From Neolecta irregularis DAH-3 (Eukaryota), in NCBI GenBank assembly GCA_001929475.1, contig LXFE01000119.1, positions 50,009 to 70,008 of the forward strand: 20,000 nt of DNA, given 5' to 3'. Below, in pieces: positions 1 through 10,561 of this stretch. The position numbers were made by a program, and so were the translations under genes. Positions within the stretch are counted from its first letter, which is position 1. Each line of letters opens with the position of its first letter. The notes under the pieces are model-generated. The model was not told the DNA's origin and did not search any database. It saw only the letters and a program-made list of their open reading frames with translations.

Positions 1-222
1 AAAGAGCCACATCAGCAGCCACATCAGTAAAAGTAAAAAGATAAAAAAAGGAATAATGAGTTCCCAAGCTACCGTAAACTACCTTAGGCGATTCCCAGTA
101 CTATGCATACTCCCGATAGTGTTAAACGCGATTACCAAAAGGATAAAGCTTCCGACCAGTTCGATAGGCTAGAATTATGCGAGGGCGAGGAGGCAAGGTT
201 TGACGGGGTTGAGGATAAACAT
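1..222 (-). CDS. 5' part of a putative membrane protein gene, running off the left edge
   Basis: Exons 222-205, 168-111 and 68-1 are joined by GT-AG introns of 36 and 42 nt (second donor GTATGC). They give the open frame MFILNPPIELVGSFILLVIAFNTIGTWELIIPFFIFLLLLMWLLMWLF with two hydrophobic segments. Start codon uncertain; family not recognised. Confidence 0.45.
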
Positions 223-503
223 TCCGTATTCAGGACGAGCGAATGAATAGAAACGAAACCGGGCAGGTTATAGATGATTATTCCGAAGGAGAGTGGATAA
301 TTGAAAAGGACCAAAGAGCGTTATAGCATGACTGACCGATTTTGGCATGGATGAGTGAAGGAACGTGGTTTTGATCATGAGTACCACAAGTTACATAATG
401 GTCAAAGCAAGTCGATGGAAATTGTAAATTTAGAGCCTCGGACTCGGCCGATAGTCCGGGTGTCGGGTTTATTGGGTAGTATTCCCATCAAGTTAATCTC
501 GAC

Positions 504-1720
504 ATGAGCACGGGACTCGACCGAGTTCCACGGTTCCAAGACATGCCGATGGCAAACTTAGTGACTATTTCCTATTCGCAGCTACAAAATGAAAAGGAAG
601 TGAACTGTCTGTTTCCGATTTTAGAAAAAGCGTTTGGTCGGGGTTCAGATTGCTTGGGAGCTTTGATTGTCAGTGATCTGCCTACGCATTATAGTCAATT
701 ACGCAGCCGACTCCTTAGCTATTCGACATGGCTCAACAACCTTCCAGAAGACCAATTAATGGCATTAGAGCGTAAGGAAGCTTATTATGTTGTCGGATAC
801 TCCCGCGGCAAAGAGGCATTTGCTACATTGGACGATCTGAAAGGTACCTCCAATTCCTTTGGAGTGCTCTTCATACCATCAGGGAGCTTTTATGCCAATC
901 CAGTTCACGAATTTGCAGAGGGCGATGGTTTCCCCGAATACACTACTCCAAACGTATGGCCTTTAGAAGAGTTGCTACCTGGATTTCGTGAAGCGTTCGT
1001 CCAACTTGGTCAATTCGTTGTCGATGTCGGAGCTCTTGTTGCCAGGGTATGTCTTATTTCATGAAGATTTTTGAATCGCCATTAGGCGTGCGATGCATAT
1101 GTAACATCAAAAGTCCCTCATTATCCTCAACAATATCTCCAAAACATGGTCAAGGCTTCCTCAACGACAAAGGCACGTCTACTACACTATTTTTCGCCCA
1201 GACCAGATGCTCGAGACCCAGCAGAAGATGACTGGTGCGGAGAACACCTTGATCATTCATGTTTGACCGGTATGTGTCCAGTTTATTGAACTGAAAACAA
1301 TAGGCCTCACGTCAGCAATGTTCGCATCGGAGCCGAGTTCGCCATTTAATCCCTCCAATATCGACATAGAGGAATTCGAAGCCTCGCCGGATCCACTAGC
1401 AGGTCTGTATATTAGAGACAGAGCTGGAAGGACCACAAAAGTTTCTATTCCTCGAGATTGCCTGGCTTTTCAGACTGGAGAAGCATTACAAGTCGCAACT
1501 AATGGATGGCTGAGAGCTACTCCACATTATGTTCGAGGCTGTCGACCCAGTCTTGCTAGAAACACAGTTCGCAATACCCTTGCTGTGTTTATGCAACCAG
1601 GCTTGAATGAGAAGATAGGCGCATATGATGGAGATTTTGCTCAATTTGTAAGTCTTCTTGTCGCGATAAGAGAACTAACCAAGCAAGGCAAACGAGATTC
1701 TACAGAAAAATGTTGCTTAA
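504..1720 (+). CDS. 2-oxoglutarate/Fe(II)-dependent oxygenase-like protein (IPNS/clavaminate synthase-like fold)
   Basis: Exons 504-843, 883-1046, 1086-1269, 1304-1647, 1688-1720. The spliced protein has ARLLHYF, the HxD motif WCGEHLDHSCLTGL, GLYIRDR, FQTGEALQ, the distal His in LRATPHYVRG, and RNTLAVFMQP. Confidence 0.85.
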
Positions 1721-2981
1721 AGATGGCAGATCTATATAAGATGACTCAAAGATAAATGATATATGTTGAAGTGATGAGTAGAGGTATTTCCCAAAATCCC
1801 AATCACAGCGAAGTACCAGGACTAAGGGAAGTCCTTTCGGTCATGGAGATGTCGCCCAGCTTGAAACATCGTCCTCCACTTCAATCAGTCCGAGCGGTGA
1901 GATTTTGACACCCGATATCGGAGAACATTTGCTGGGTGGTCAAATATTGTACCAAGCAGGATTCTGTAGTCATGGTGTAGTTAATACTGAATAGAACGAG
2001 CCCCCGATGAATCCAATGCACCAAGGACTCGAAGAGAATAGCCAAAGAAGCACTAGAAAATCGCTATGTGGATTGGATCAAATTTAAGTCTGCTGACCAA
2101 GTTAGGAAATTGCGAAAAAAAAACAGAGAGGAGAGATCTGGAGGCTTCAATTGGAATTGTTCGGGCTGAAATACCTCTATTGTTTACTAGCAATAAATGT
2201 CGTTCTCTCTTGACTCGATGAGGACCGAATTAGCATGCATGGATCGACAAAAATAGAGATATGAGAACTGAGGGTACTGCAAATCGTGGAGAGAAATAAA
2301 ACATTTGGAACTTAATTCAACCCCGAAAACAAATTGTAATTTCCATGAGCAGAGATGATTTATTAGCTACATGAAGTAACCAAAGCGTTTAGTATTTTAG
2401 TATATTTTAATGTATTGGGTGGGTTCTCTTACTTAATATGAGCTTAGAAATTGATCTCGACGAAAATGGTTTCTAACATGTTTTGCCCTTGAATATCCCC
2501 CGGTGACAAAAGGAGGGGAGCTAAAAAGATATTTAGCACATACTGGGTATCTTTTAAATGAAGGGCGTGCCAATTACGCCAAAACAATCCTTAGTAACAA
2601 ATGACCATTTCTTCCGCTAGCCTTTGAGAACCAGGCCTACGAAGACAGGACTGCCTAGACTATTGATAATTCCACAACTAATCCCCGACATAAATATGGC
2701 TCAGAACAAGCTTGATTAGACTTGCAGTTGGATAAAATCACCTACCGTACCGAAGATTGATTTCAAATTGAGCCAACAACTGTTCGATCCTTCAACTAGA
2801 AGACTATTTAGATGCTGGCGACTAAAGACCAGAGAGCCAAAGTGTGCCTTGTAATACTCAAGCTAACATTGGTCACGGGGCATTGAAAGATAAAGCTTAT
2901 CACGAACGCTGATTATTTTGAAAAACCAATACGGTATGATGAGCAGCCATACTACATATCTGTAGTTGGAACTTTTTTTTG

Positions 2982-3256
2982 GTATGCTTCTCTTGTCCTT
3001 TTTATACACAAGATGGTAGAATATATATATGTTGCCTCTACGGCTGTAGTCATCATGAAGTGGTGTGACAATATCGGTCATATGTATTGACATATAACTT
3101 CGACAAATCATGCAGTCTGGATTGTTTGTATCCATCTCTTGTCTTTTGTATATTCAAGATGGTAGAATATATGTTTCCTCGACGGCTATTGTCACATCTG
3201 ACAATATCGGTCATAAGTATTGATATTAATAACTTCGACAAATCATGCGGTGTGGA
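2982..3256. repeat. Diverged direct tandem duplication, two copies, period ~135-146 bp
   Basis: Shared blocks TCTCTTGTC (2989/3135), CAAGATGGTAGAATATAT, TGACAATATCGGTCATA and ATAACTTCGACAAATCATGC occur in both copies, with indels between blocks. Confidence 0.9.
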
Positions 3257-3693
3257 CATGGTGATCATTCAAAAGATTGAACTGTTCCAGAACTTTAATC
3301 TAAATTCTGTTCCTGGAAAGCGTTGATGCATGGACCTGATATCGTAAAAATCTGAATGGGGTCTGTTGTGATTACATTTTTCGAGAACGCTCACCTCCAC
3401 CGCCAATACCTGAATATCGGTAGTATTACTGGTACCTCAATCGTGCATATATTCCGCGCATTTACGTCTTATTCAGCAGTGATCGTACCATTTGCTATTT
3501 GTTACCGGTGTTCAGAGGTTCAGAGGTTCCCGGTCGTGACAGGGGTTTGTAGTGCATTTACAACATCCCAACTACAGCGACTTGTCGCCGATTGTCATTC
3601 TCATAACCACCTCCTCATCCTTCACTCTTTCCTCTCATACTCTTCTTAATTCCACTTGGAGCCGCATATCACGAAACAGCTTGCATTGATTCA

Positions 3694-5064
3694 ATGGGTA
3701 GTGTTGGCCCTTCTCAGGGTGAAGACAATCCATCAGAGAAACAGCATGGCGCTCGTAAGACTCCTCGGCACAAACCATAATTAATTATATTTTTCAGCGG
3801 TAGATTCTGCAGAACGCCCTTCTGTCCTAGCCAAGGATGTTCAACCGGCTGATAATATGATACAAGAAAACCCCTCGGAAGCTCAAATATTCAAAGAAGA
3901 AAAGTCATCATCCACCCCTCTCAATTCCGCCTCAAAGAAAAGAAAATCAAAGAAAAATCCATTCTCAATCGTATCGAACTTGTTCAAATGCTGCGTGCAT
4001 CCGAGTGTTCAAGAACAAGATTATCCCCCCCAGGCCGATATCACTAGGAGGAAAGAAAGCGTGCCAATAGAAATCGAAAATACCGCAGCAAACCCTCTGA
4101 CAGAAACAGTGATTGTTCCTGCCTCGCAAACAACGGTTGTCACAGATAAAAGTTATCTGCCGGTAGATGCTTGTGATGGCAGGTTATCCGAGAAGCACAT
4201 TACAGATGATCAACCTGAAGTGAAGGAGACTGGGAACCCTATCGATTCTTCAGTGATTTCTCCCATCGAAGAAGGCGATTTGGGGACTGAAAAAGATATA
4301 ATTAGCAATTATGGAGCCGTGATAGGTTCCCCTTTGTTGGTATCTTATCGCTCCCAACGAAATCTTGTTTAATAATTTAGGAATCATCCCCTCAAGGGTG
4401 GCTGCTGAAACCGTTGGAACCTGCAAATCAAGGGAAGAAATGTCTCGTCTTGGATTTAGACGAGACTTTAGTACATTCTTCTTTCAAGGTATGGTGATTG
4501 AAAGATGCACATGTCTTATATCTTGGAATAGCTCATTCATCAAGCCGATTTCGTCGTGCCTGTAGAGATTGAAGGGCAGTACCACAATGTCTATGTTATC
4601 AAAAGACCAGGAGTTGATGCTTTTATGAAGAAAATGGGAGAGCTATATGAAGTTGTGGTCTTCACTGCAAGTTTATCCAAGGTTTGATTTACCATTCATG
4701 GAATTATATCTGACATCATAGTATGCAGATCCAGTATTAGATATGCTGGACATCCACAAAGTCGTCCACCACCGGTTGTTCCGCGAGTCCTGCTATAACC
4801 ATCATGGCAATTATGTGAAGGTGTCAAATAACTCGTTAAAAGTGCTGAACATTTAAGGACTTGAGTCACCTTGGTCGAGATCTTCGAGAAGTCATCATCA
4901 TCGACAATTCTCCAGCAAGTTACGTTTTCCATCCTGCGAATGCTGTCCCTATTTCCTCGTGGTTCAACGATCCTCATGACACAGAACTTCTAGATATCAT
5001 CCCTTTCCTTGAAGATTTAACCAAAGTCAACGATGTCTCCGCTGTTCTTGATATGTTGATCTAA
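3694..5064 (+). CDS. PSR1: NIF/FCP1-SCP family HAD phosphatase, Psr1/Psr2-like
   Basis: Exons 3694-3754, 3798-4339, 4381-4488, 4532-4681, 4722-4820, 4858-5064. Motifs [49 protein letters not shown] and [10 protein letters not shown]. Disordered N-terminus with a CC pair. Confidence 0.9.
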
Positions 5065-6117
5065 GCTCGAGTCAAGTCCACATTTAATTTGACTCCTACG
5101 TTATGTTATTTCCTTTTGCATCTGAGGAAGAAGGGGTGGAATACTCTGGGTTACTTGTTAGTGACACAATGGTGTTTAGTTGATCCTATAGCTTCTTTTT
5201 TCATCACCCTAATGTTCAAACTTCACAGCGCGGCGGAGTTCAATGTTGTTGGTTAACTGGTTATTTTTTCAGCCCACTCATTAGCATTTCTTCTTTCCTT
5301 TCTCAAGAGGCTATCTCTTTTCTGCTTACTATTGTGGGTCTCTTTATTTCTTTATTTATTGCAGAGGTACATCTTTATGTTTGTACAATGAAACTTTGTA
5401 AGCTCCTTCATACCATTAATAAACATTCTTCACAAGGTTTAAATATCTTGATGTATCGTACCCAGTTCTATCCCACTAGTCTAGCATGAACATCCAAAAA
5501 TGGCTCTCCGAGTTGAAATACGCAACTCCTTAAAGCTTGTCAGCAGTTTTCCATGAGAGTACCTTGCTCCTCGAGCCAAGCATCAACCGTTTTTTAAAGG
5601 AATGTTTTAAATCAATTGAGAAGTCATTATTTCGACAGGGATTTGTAGGACAAGCCACACAGAGAATGCTCCTGCTCAATTTACCTTCATTTTGAAAGCT
5701 CACATGAGAAAGAAAAATCGATCTCGTATCACACCGGACCACAAATCCTCAAAAAAAGTAGATTATGCCTGTCGGCTTTCTTAGAGCTTCACTCAACCCT
5801 TTCAAGAGGTGGAACATCTCGGGATAATTCAAATTAATTGGAATAGCCCGACATTATACATGGCAAAAAATGCACAGTTTGTAGAATCAGCAAACTCGCA
5901 TCGTCCTTCTAGTTTACTCGTCAGAAATTGCCTGTCTTTGGGTAAAAACGACCTTTCTTTTGCACTAACTAAATTACGAATACTAGCTGCTTATCGTAAA
6001 GTTCTTAGCCGATAGCAAGAACGTTTCTTGCCATGTCCTCTTAATAGACTCGCAGGAGGACTAGCATCCATATTCGGAAAAGCACAGCCGGTCCGATGCA
6101 AGCCATAAGAAAACTGC

Positions 6118-7044
6118 TTAAGAACTCAGTCCTTTGAAGAACTCGTTATACGCTTGTTCAATGTCGAAGAGCATCTACACATTAGCTTCTCTTATTATAA
6201 GCCTCACCTGACGGCTCTGCTCTTCGGTGATCTCGTCCGCTGCATTCATCTGGTTGAGCTTAATGAGCCTGATTATGAATTTATTAGCATAAAATAATAT
6301 CATTACCAATTGACAATCTTAGAACGTCCCTGGAATTCTTGAACTGTAACATTATTCAGGCTGGTTATAAGATCTGACAGGAGAGGATGTAGCTGATCCT
6401 TTGCACTGTACTTGAGTTTTAGCGCGTCCATAAAAGTTATAAAATTCTTGGTGGTAAACAGGCGATTAACAGAGGACAGGAACACCTGAACAGCTTCTGC
6501 CACTTCTTTTGCAGATGTACCAGTAGTTATTGCGACGGAGTCAGCACCAGCATGTTCAACAGTTACTGGCACTCCAATTTTGAGGCGATAAGACGCAGAT
6601 GAGTATGATACCTTCTTGTAAGCCAAGATAAGTACAAACGATCCAAATACTTTATAGCCATTCATAAAAGTGTCGATGTCTTTAAATTTGGCCGCTACTT
6701 CCGGCGTCTTCAGAATCGATTTATATTGTGTGAGCAGACGTTGACATGTTGTAGCATATCTTTAACCTACTTAGAATATAGATCCCGTGAATCATACCTA
6801 CTGTGCCTGATTGACTGTGTCCCTTGTGTACGCTTTTTCCAGAAACTCGAGAGATACAATGATGGAGTATAATTCGGCCAGATCCTCGTAAATTTCTCGT
6901 TTTGCGGAAGTTGTATATAACTTGACCTCCTTTAAATCAACTCTCATTCCCAGAATTTCACTGGACCTCGTCCAAGGAAATATTTGAAGCTAACGGCGGC
7001 GAAATAATCGACGATGTAGGAGCATATGGGGTCTGTCGAGACAT
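6118..7044 (-). CDS. VPS28: ESCRT-I subunit Vps28
   Basis: Exons 7044-6967, 6929-6802, 6759-6651, 6611-6486, 6446-6307, 6268-6208, 6174-6118. Motifs LAELYSIIVSLEFLEKAY, RLKIGVP, NFITFMDALKL, KDQLHPLLSDL, WLIKLNQM and RQMLFDIEQAYNEF. Confidence 0.95.
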
Positions 7045-7576
7045 AATGTGCTGCCGATCGAGTGGTGTAGATTAATTCATGTCAAAGGCTCAAAAGAAAT
7101 ATAAATCTGCCCGAGCTAGTCCCCAAATGAATAACATATTCTTCCAAACTCTAAGATACGAATACCAAGATATCATTTCTTACGGTCGTTTTGATAAAGT
7201 CACCAGAAATTTTGTGTGAACCATAATACCATATATGGTAATGAAAATTCCTACCCAACATGGAACCAAGTATACGTGAACACATAAAGCAGAACATTCG
7301 ATCCAAAATAGTGTCAATTCTCTACGTTTGAGAAGAGGCTGTGGTACTATATATCATTCTAACAACGTAGCGATAGAAGTGGACGATAACATTTGTATAT
7401 ATCCATCCAGTCATTAACAATGGTGTCACCGATGCGCTATTGATTCAGGGATCCGAAATACAGAAATTACTCAGGACTGGGAACACTGGAACCCGGTGAA
7501 GGATTTTCTTTGCTTTTCCTTCGAGACTGGCCCCGCGGTTTCTTCTCTCATTCATATTTCACGGCGTTATTCTCTG

Positions 7577-7941
7577 CTAGTTCTGATCGTAGTCATGAGT
7601 ATACTGCGCAGCAGCTTGTTCTCTCGCTTCTTCTTGCATCTAAGACTTTAAATATTGTCCATACTCATCTCTCCATACCATAATTGAGTAAACACTTGCC
7701 TTGAAGAAAGTGAAAACTAGCCCAGTTTTTCTTTCCAGCTCGCGGAGAGAATCAAGAATTTGGGTTGTAGGCTGGCCCGCAAGATCCTGAATCAACCCAT
7801 TCAGCTAAACGAAGCACCTTAATGATGTGCCAACAAAAGCCTATATACCCTCTCAAGGCTTGCTGCCAGACGTGAATATTGGTCCAAAACTGTTTGTTCG
7901 AGTTCTGTTATGGGAGAGGGTGATGAGGGTGACGGTGCCAT
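7577..7941 (-). CDS. DAD3: DASH/Dam1 kinetochore complex subunit Dad3
   Basis: Exons 7941-7849, 7804-7679, 7639-7577. LEQTVLDQYSRLA...ILDSLRELERKTGLVFTFFKASVYSI is the Dad3 signature. Confidence 0.9.
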
Positions 7942-7998
7942 ATTGAGGTTATTCGACACGTGTATAATAAATAGCATAGTCCACCATCTATCAACAGC

Positions 7999-9621
7999 AT
8001 GTCTAGTAAATGGGCAAAGGAAGACTTCGTAACAGGTCTCAGTGGAGGTCCTCTCGATGAGATAATCTGGGTATCTCTGGCTGCTCCGGTATATACTGAT
8101 CAATATTGGCAAAAGATTAATTGACATGTTCTAGTCAGCATATTTCCTATGGTCGGCTCTCCAATCACGGCTAGATATATTCCAGAATTATTATTTTTTC
8201 GCATATATCCTCGATATCAGTCTGAATTGCATGGGCCTTTTGTTGTCAATTACATTATGTTCGAATCATCCAAAGTCGCTTAATTTACTATTTATTATTC
8301 CAGGAATTTTGCTATTTCTCGTCAAATCACCTTCAAGAAAGGTCCTCAGGAAACATCAAGGCGCAGGTATACTTCCAAGGAAACCATTTATTACCGCGTA
8401 TCGAGGTGGAATGCAAATAATTACTTGCCTCGCTATTTTAGCCGTTGACTTTCATATATTTCCACGGAGATTTGCAAAGGTTGAGACCTGGGGCACTTCG
8501 CTGGTACATACTCCTAATTTTCCAATACTATTGCCAAGTAGATGGATCTTGGAGTGGGATCGTTTGTATTTGCAGCTGGCGTCGTTGCTGTTAGGCCTTT
8601 ATTAAAGGATACGAACATTTCAATGGCGAGATTGATTAGAGTATCAATCAAACAATCTATACCTCTCCTCGTTTTAGGGTGTGCTAGATTAGTGTTGATC
8701 AAAGGTGTCGACTACCATGTATTTACCCTTTTGAAGATGGGCTAATTATCGAGGAACACGTCACAGAGTACGGTGTTCATTGGAATTTCTTCTTTACACT
8801 TGGTCTTTTACCGCCATTTGTGACACTACTCTCTGGGATTTACACTCTATTACCTTCATATGCCCTTTTATCCCTCATCATTGTCTCCAGTTACCAATTC
8901 TTCCTCGAAAATAGAGGTCTCAAAGCATATATATTGACGGCGCCACGGGAAAACTTACTCTCTCAAAATAGAGAAGGCATATTTTCTTTCATTGGTAGCA
9001 GCTTCTTCTTGGGAAAATATTTAAATGCTAGGATATCTCTCCATATTTTTAGCGGGCATGGATATCGGTCGATATATTCTCCCTCGGAAACCCGAATTGC
9101 CTTATTTCTTATTTTTCAGCAAAAGGTCCTCAGAGCGAGTCAAAGTTTTTTTAATGTTAGCCCTTTGGGCTACATTCTGGACTTCAGCATACCTTTTTTC
9201 TACAAACTACTTTGCTCTGACGGTTTCTAGGAGAATGGTATGGTCGAAACTAGAAGCAAGGCTAAGCCCTAGGCTAATCTCCCGTATGTCCTTTGGATAT
9301 GTGCGTACAATGTTGGATATTTACTCATTTATTTCATGATCGAAATTTTGTTTTTCAAGAAGGAAGAAGACCACGTGGACTGCGTCCCATCAGTGCTACA
9401 TTCGATTAATTACAACGGATTGCCTACTTTCCTGGCGGTACGACTTCTTTTCAATGTCTTCTAAATTCAAGGCGAATACGTTGACAGGTATTATCAACAT
9501 TACCATAAACACTCTTGCTATCAAGACAATTCCAGCCTTTTTGTTACTCACCGCTTATATCCTCACCTTGAGCTTATTATCCGTTCATATGTACCAAAAG
9601 CAGATTCAACTAAAACTTTAA
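7999..9621 (+). CDS. GWT1: GPI inositol acyltransferase Gwt1 (PIG-W family)
   Basis: Exons 7999-8088, 8135-8503, 8542-8718, 8754-8994, 9032-9237, 9273-9437, 9472-9621. Motifs [69 protein letters not shown] and [13 protein letters not shown]. Confidence 0.97.
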
Positions 9622-9646
9622 TAATCACTGGCAAATCCGATTCACA

Positions 9647-10561
9647 TTACATAATAAAGGTCCAAAAGCTAGGGAACACAGTCTCATCTTCTACTATGCG
9701 TCTTACTTGTTCCAAGACAAACTTTTCTACTTTTCCTACATTCTTCAGCACATGCCCTCCTTGCTCTCCAATCTCGCTTTCAATCCTGAGGTCTTTGAGA
9801 ACATTTCCTTCCATGAAACAAAGGTGTATCCGATTTTCAATCAACGCAACACAAAGAGACCCTTGTAAATGAATTCCTGTAATTTGAAGCCGTACAGGAA
9901 GGCCAACAAACATGGCAGCAGGATGATTCAAGATAAGCTCTGCGTTGAGAGAGAGACGTATATCTCCTTTGTATTCAACGTCTGCTGTGACCTGAATGTG
10001 CGTTTGCTTTTTCTCAATGGACCTCGACAGTCTTGGTTCATCGGCTACATGGCGACTATATTCGAGTTCACTTGTGTTGGAAATAGAAGAGCTCTCAGTG
10101 CGTCTTCGGATATGGTGGATGGGATTACAGTGCTCAAAAACAGGGCTAAACGGCAGTGTAGGTGTCATCAGCCCAGTGGCAAGACCTGCTGCGTGAGGCG
10201 AGAATGCGGAATAATGCAACGGCTGTCGCTGAGGAAAGAAAAAGGAAAAACTGTGGTCGTTTGGAGTTTCTGCATAAGGGGGCGGCTTTGAACTGGTTTG
10301 ACTGATGCGATCAGAGTCTTCTGCACTTTCCTGTTCGCCTTCTTCCTCATATCCGTAATCTTCCTCGTAGAAATCATCCAATGGATCAGAAATATCTTTC
10401 ACGAAGACTGATGGCGGAACAGAGCCCAGGTCGATATCGATGATCTCGATGCTGCGCAGGAAATTTGGGAGGGTAATCGACGCAAAGTGCGAGTTGAGCA
10501 TTATTTTGATATCATTTGCTACCGACGAATCGAGTTTGGTCCAGTCGAATTCGACCGCCAT
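9647..10561 (-). CDS. MDM12: ERMES complex SMP-domain subunit Mdm12 (intronless)
   Basis: Single 304-aa ORF from the ATG at 10561 (MAVEFDWTKLD). Contains LPNFL..I.IIDIDLGSVPP..KDISDPLDDFYE, LNHPAAMFVGLPVRLQITG and IESEIGEQGGHVLKNVGKVEKFVLEQVRRI..FPSFWT. Confidence 0.93.
   Translation of the reverse strand: MAVEFDWTKLDSSVANDIKIMLNSHFASITLPNFLRSIEIIDIDLGSVPPSVFVKDISDPLDDFYEEDYGYEEEGEQESAEDSDRISQTSSKPPPYAETPNDHSFSFFFPQRQPLHYSAFSPHAAGLATGLMTPTLPFSPVFEHCNPIHHIRRRTESSSISNTSELEYSRHVADEPRLSRSIEKKQTHIQVTADVEYKGDIRLSLNAELILNHPAAMFVGLPVRLQITGIHLQGSLCVALIENRIHLCFMEGNVLKDLRIESEIGEQGGHVLKNVGKVEKFVLEQVRRIVEDETVFPSFWTFIM

Noticed and set aside
88..246. Plus-strand open frame AIPSTMHTPD...FRTSE* as the last exon of an upstream gene
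   Set aside because: It is the antisense mirror of the better-supported minus-strand spliced model, and no suitable donor lies upstream.
1789..1802. TCCCAAAATCCCAA as a telomerase RNA template
   Set aside because: It would imply a TTTTGGGA repeat for which I have no evidence, and no telomerase pseudoknot or Sm site is recognisable.
2620..3020. Protein-like plus-strand frame with TAG/TGA stops, read as stop recoding or RNA editing
   Set aside because: About 6 stops in ~130 codons is what random sequence gives, and all real genes here use the standard code.
2982..3256. CRISPR-like repeat/spacer reading of the conserved blocks
   Set aside because: Only two copies, the intervening sequence is also homologous, the context is eukaryotic and there are no cas genes.
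3356..3649. 97-aa ORF upstream of PSR1
   Set aside because: No recognisable motif, and it ends in a pyrimidine-rich promoter/5' UTR-like tract; probably spurious.
7819..8127. 102-aa ORF as full-length DAD3
   Set aside because: The upstream part is antisense to GWT1 exon 1 and the end reads into an intron; the real start is 7941.
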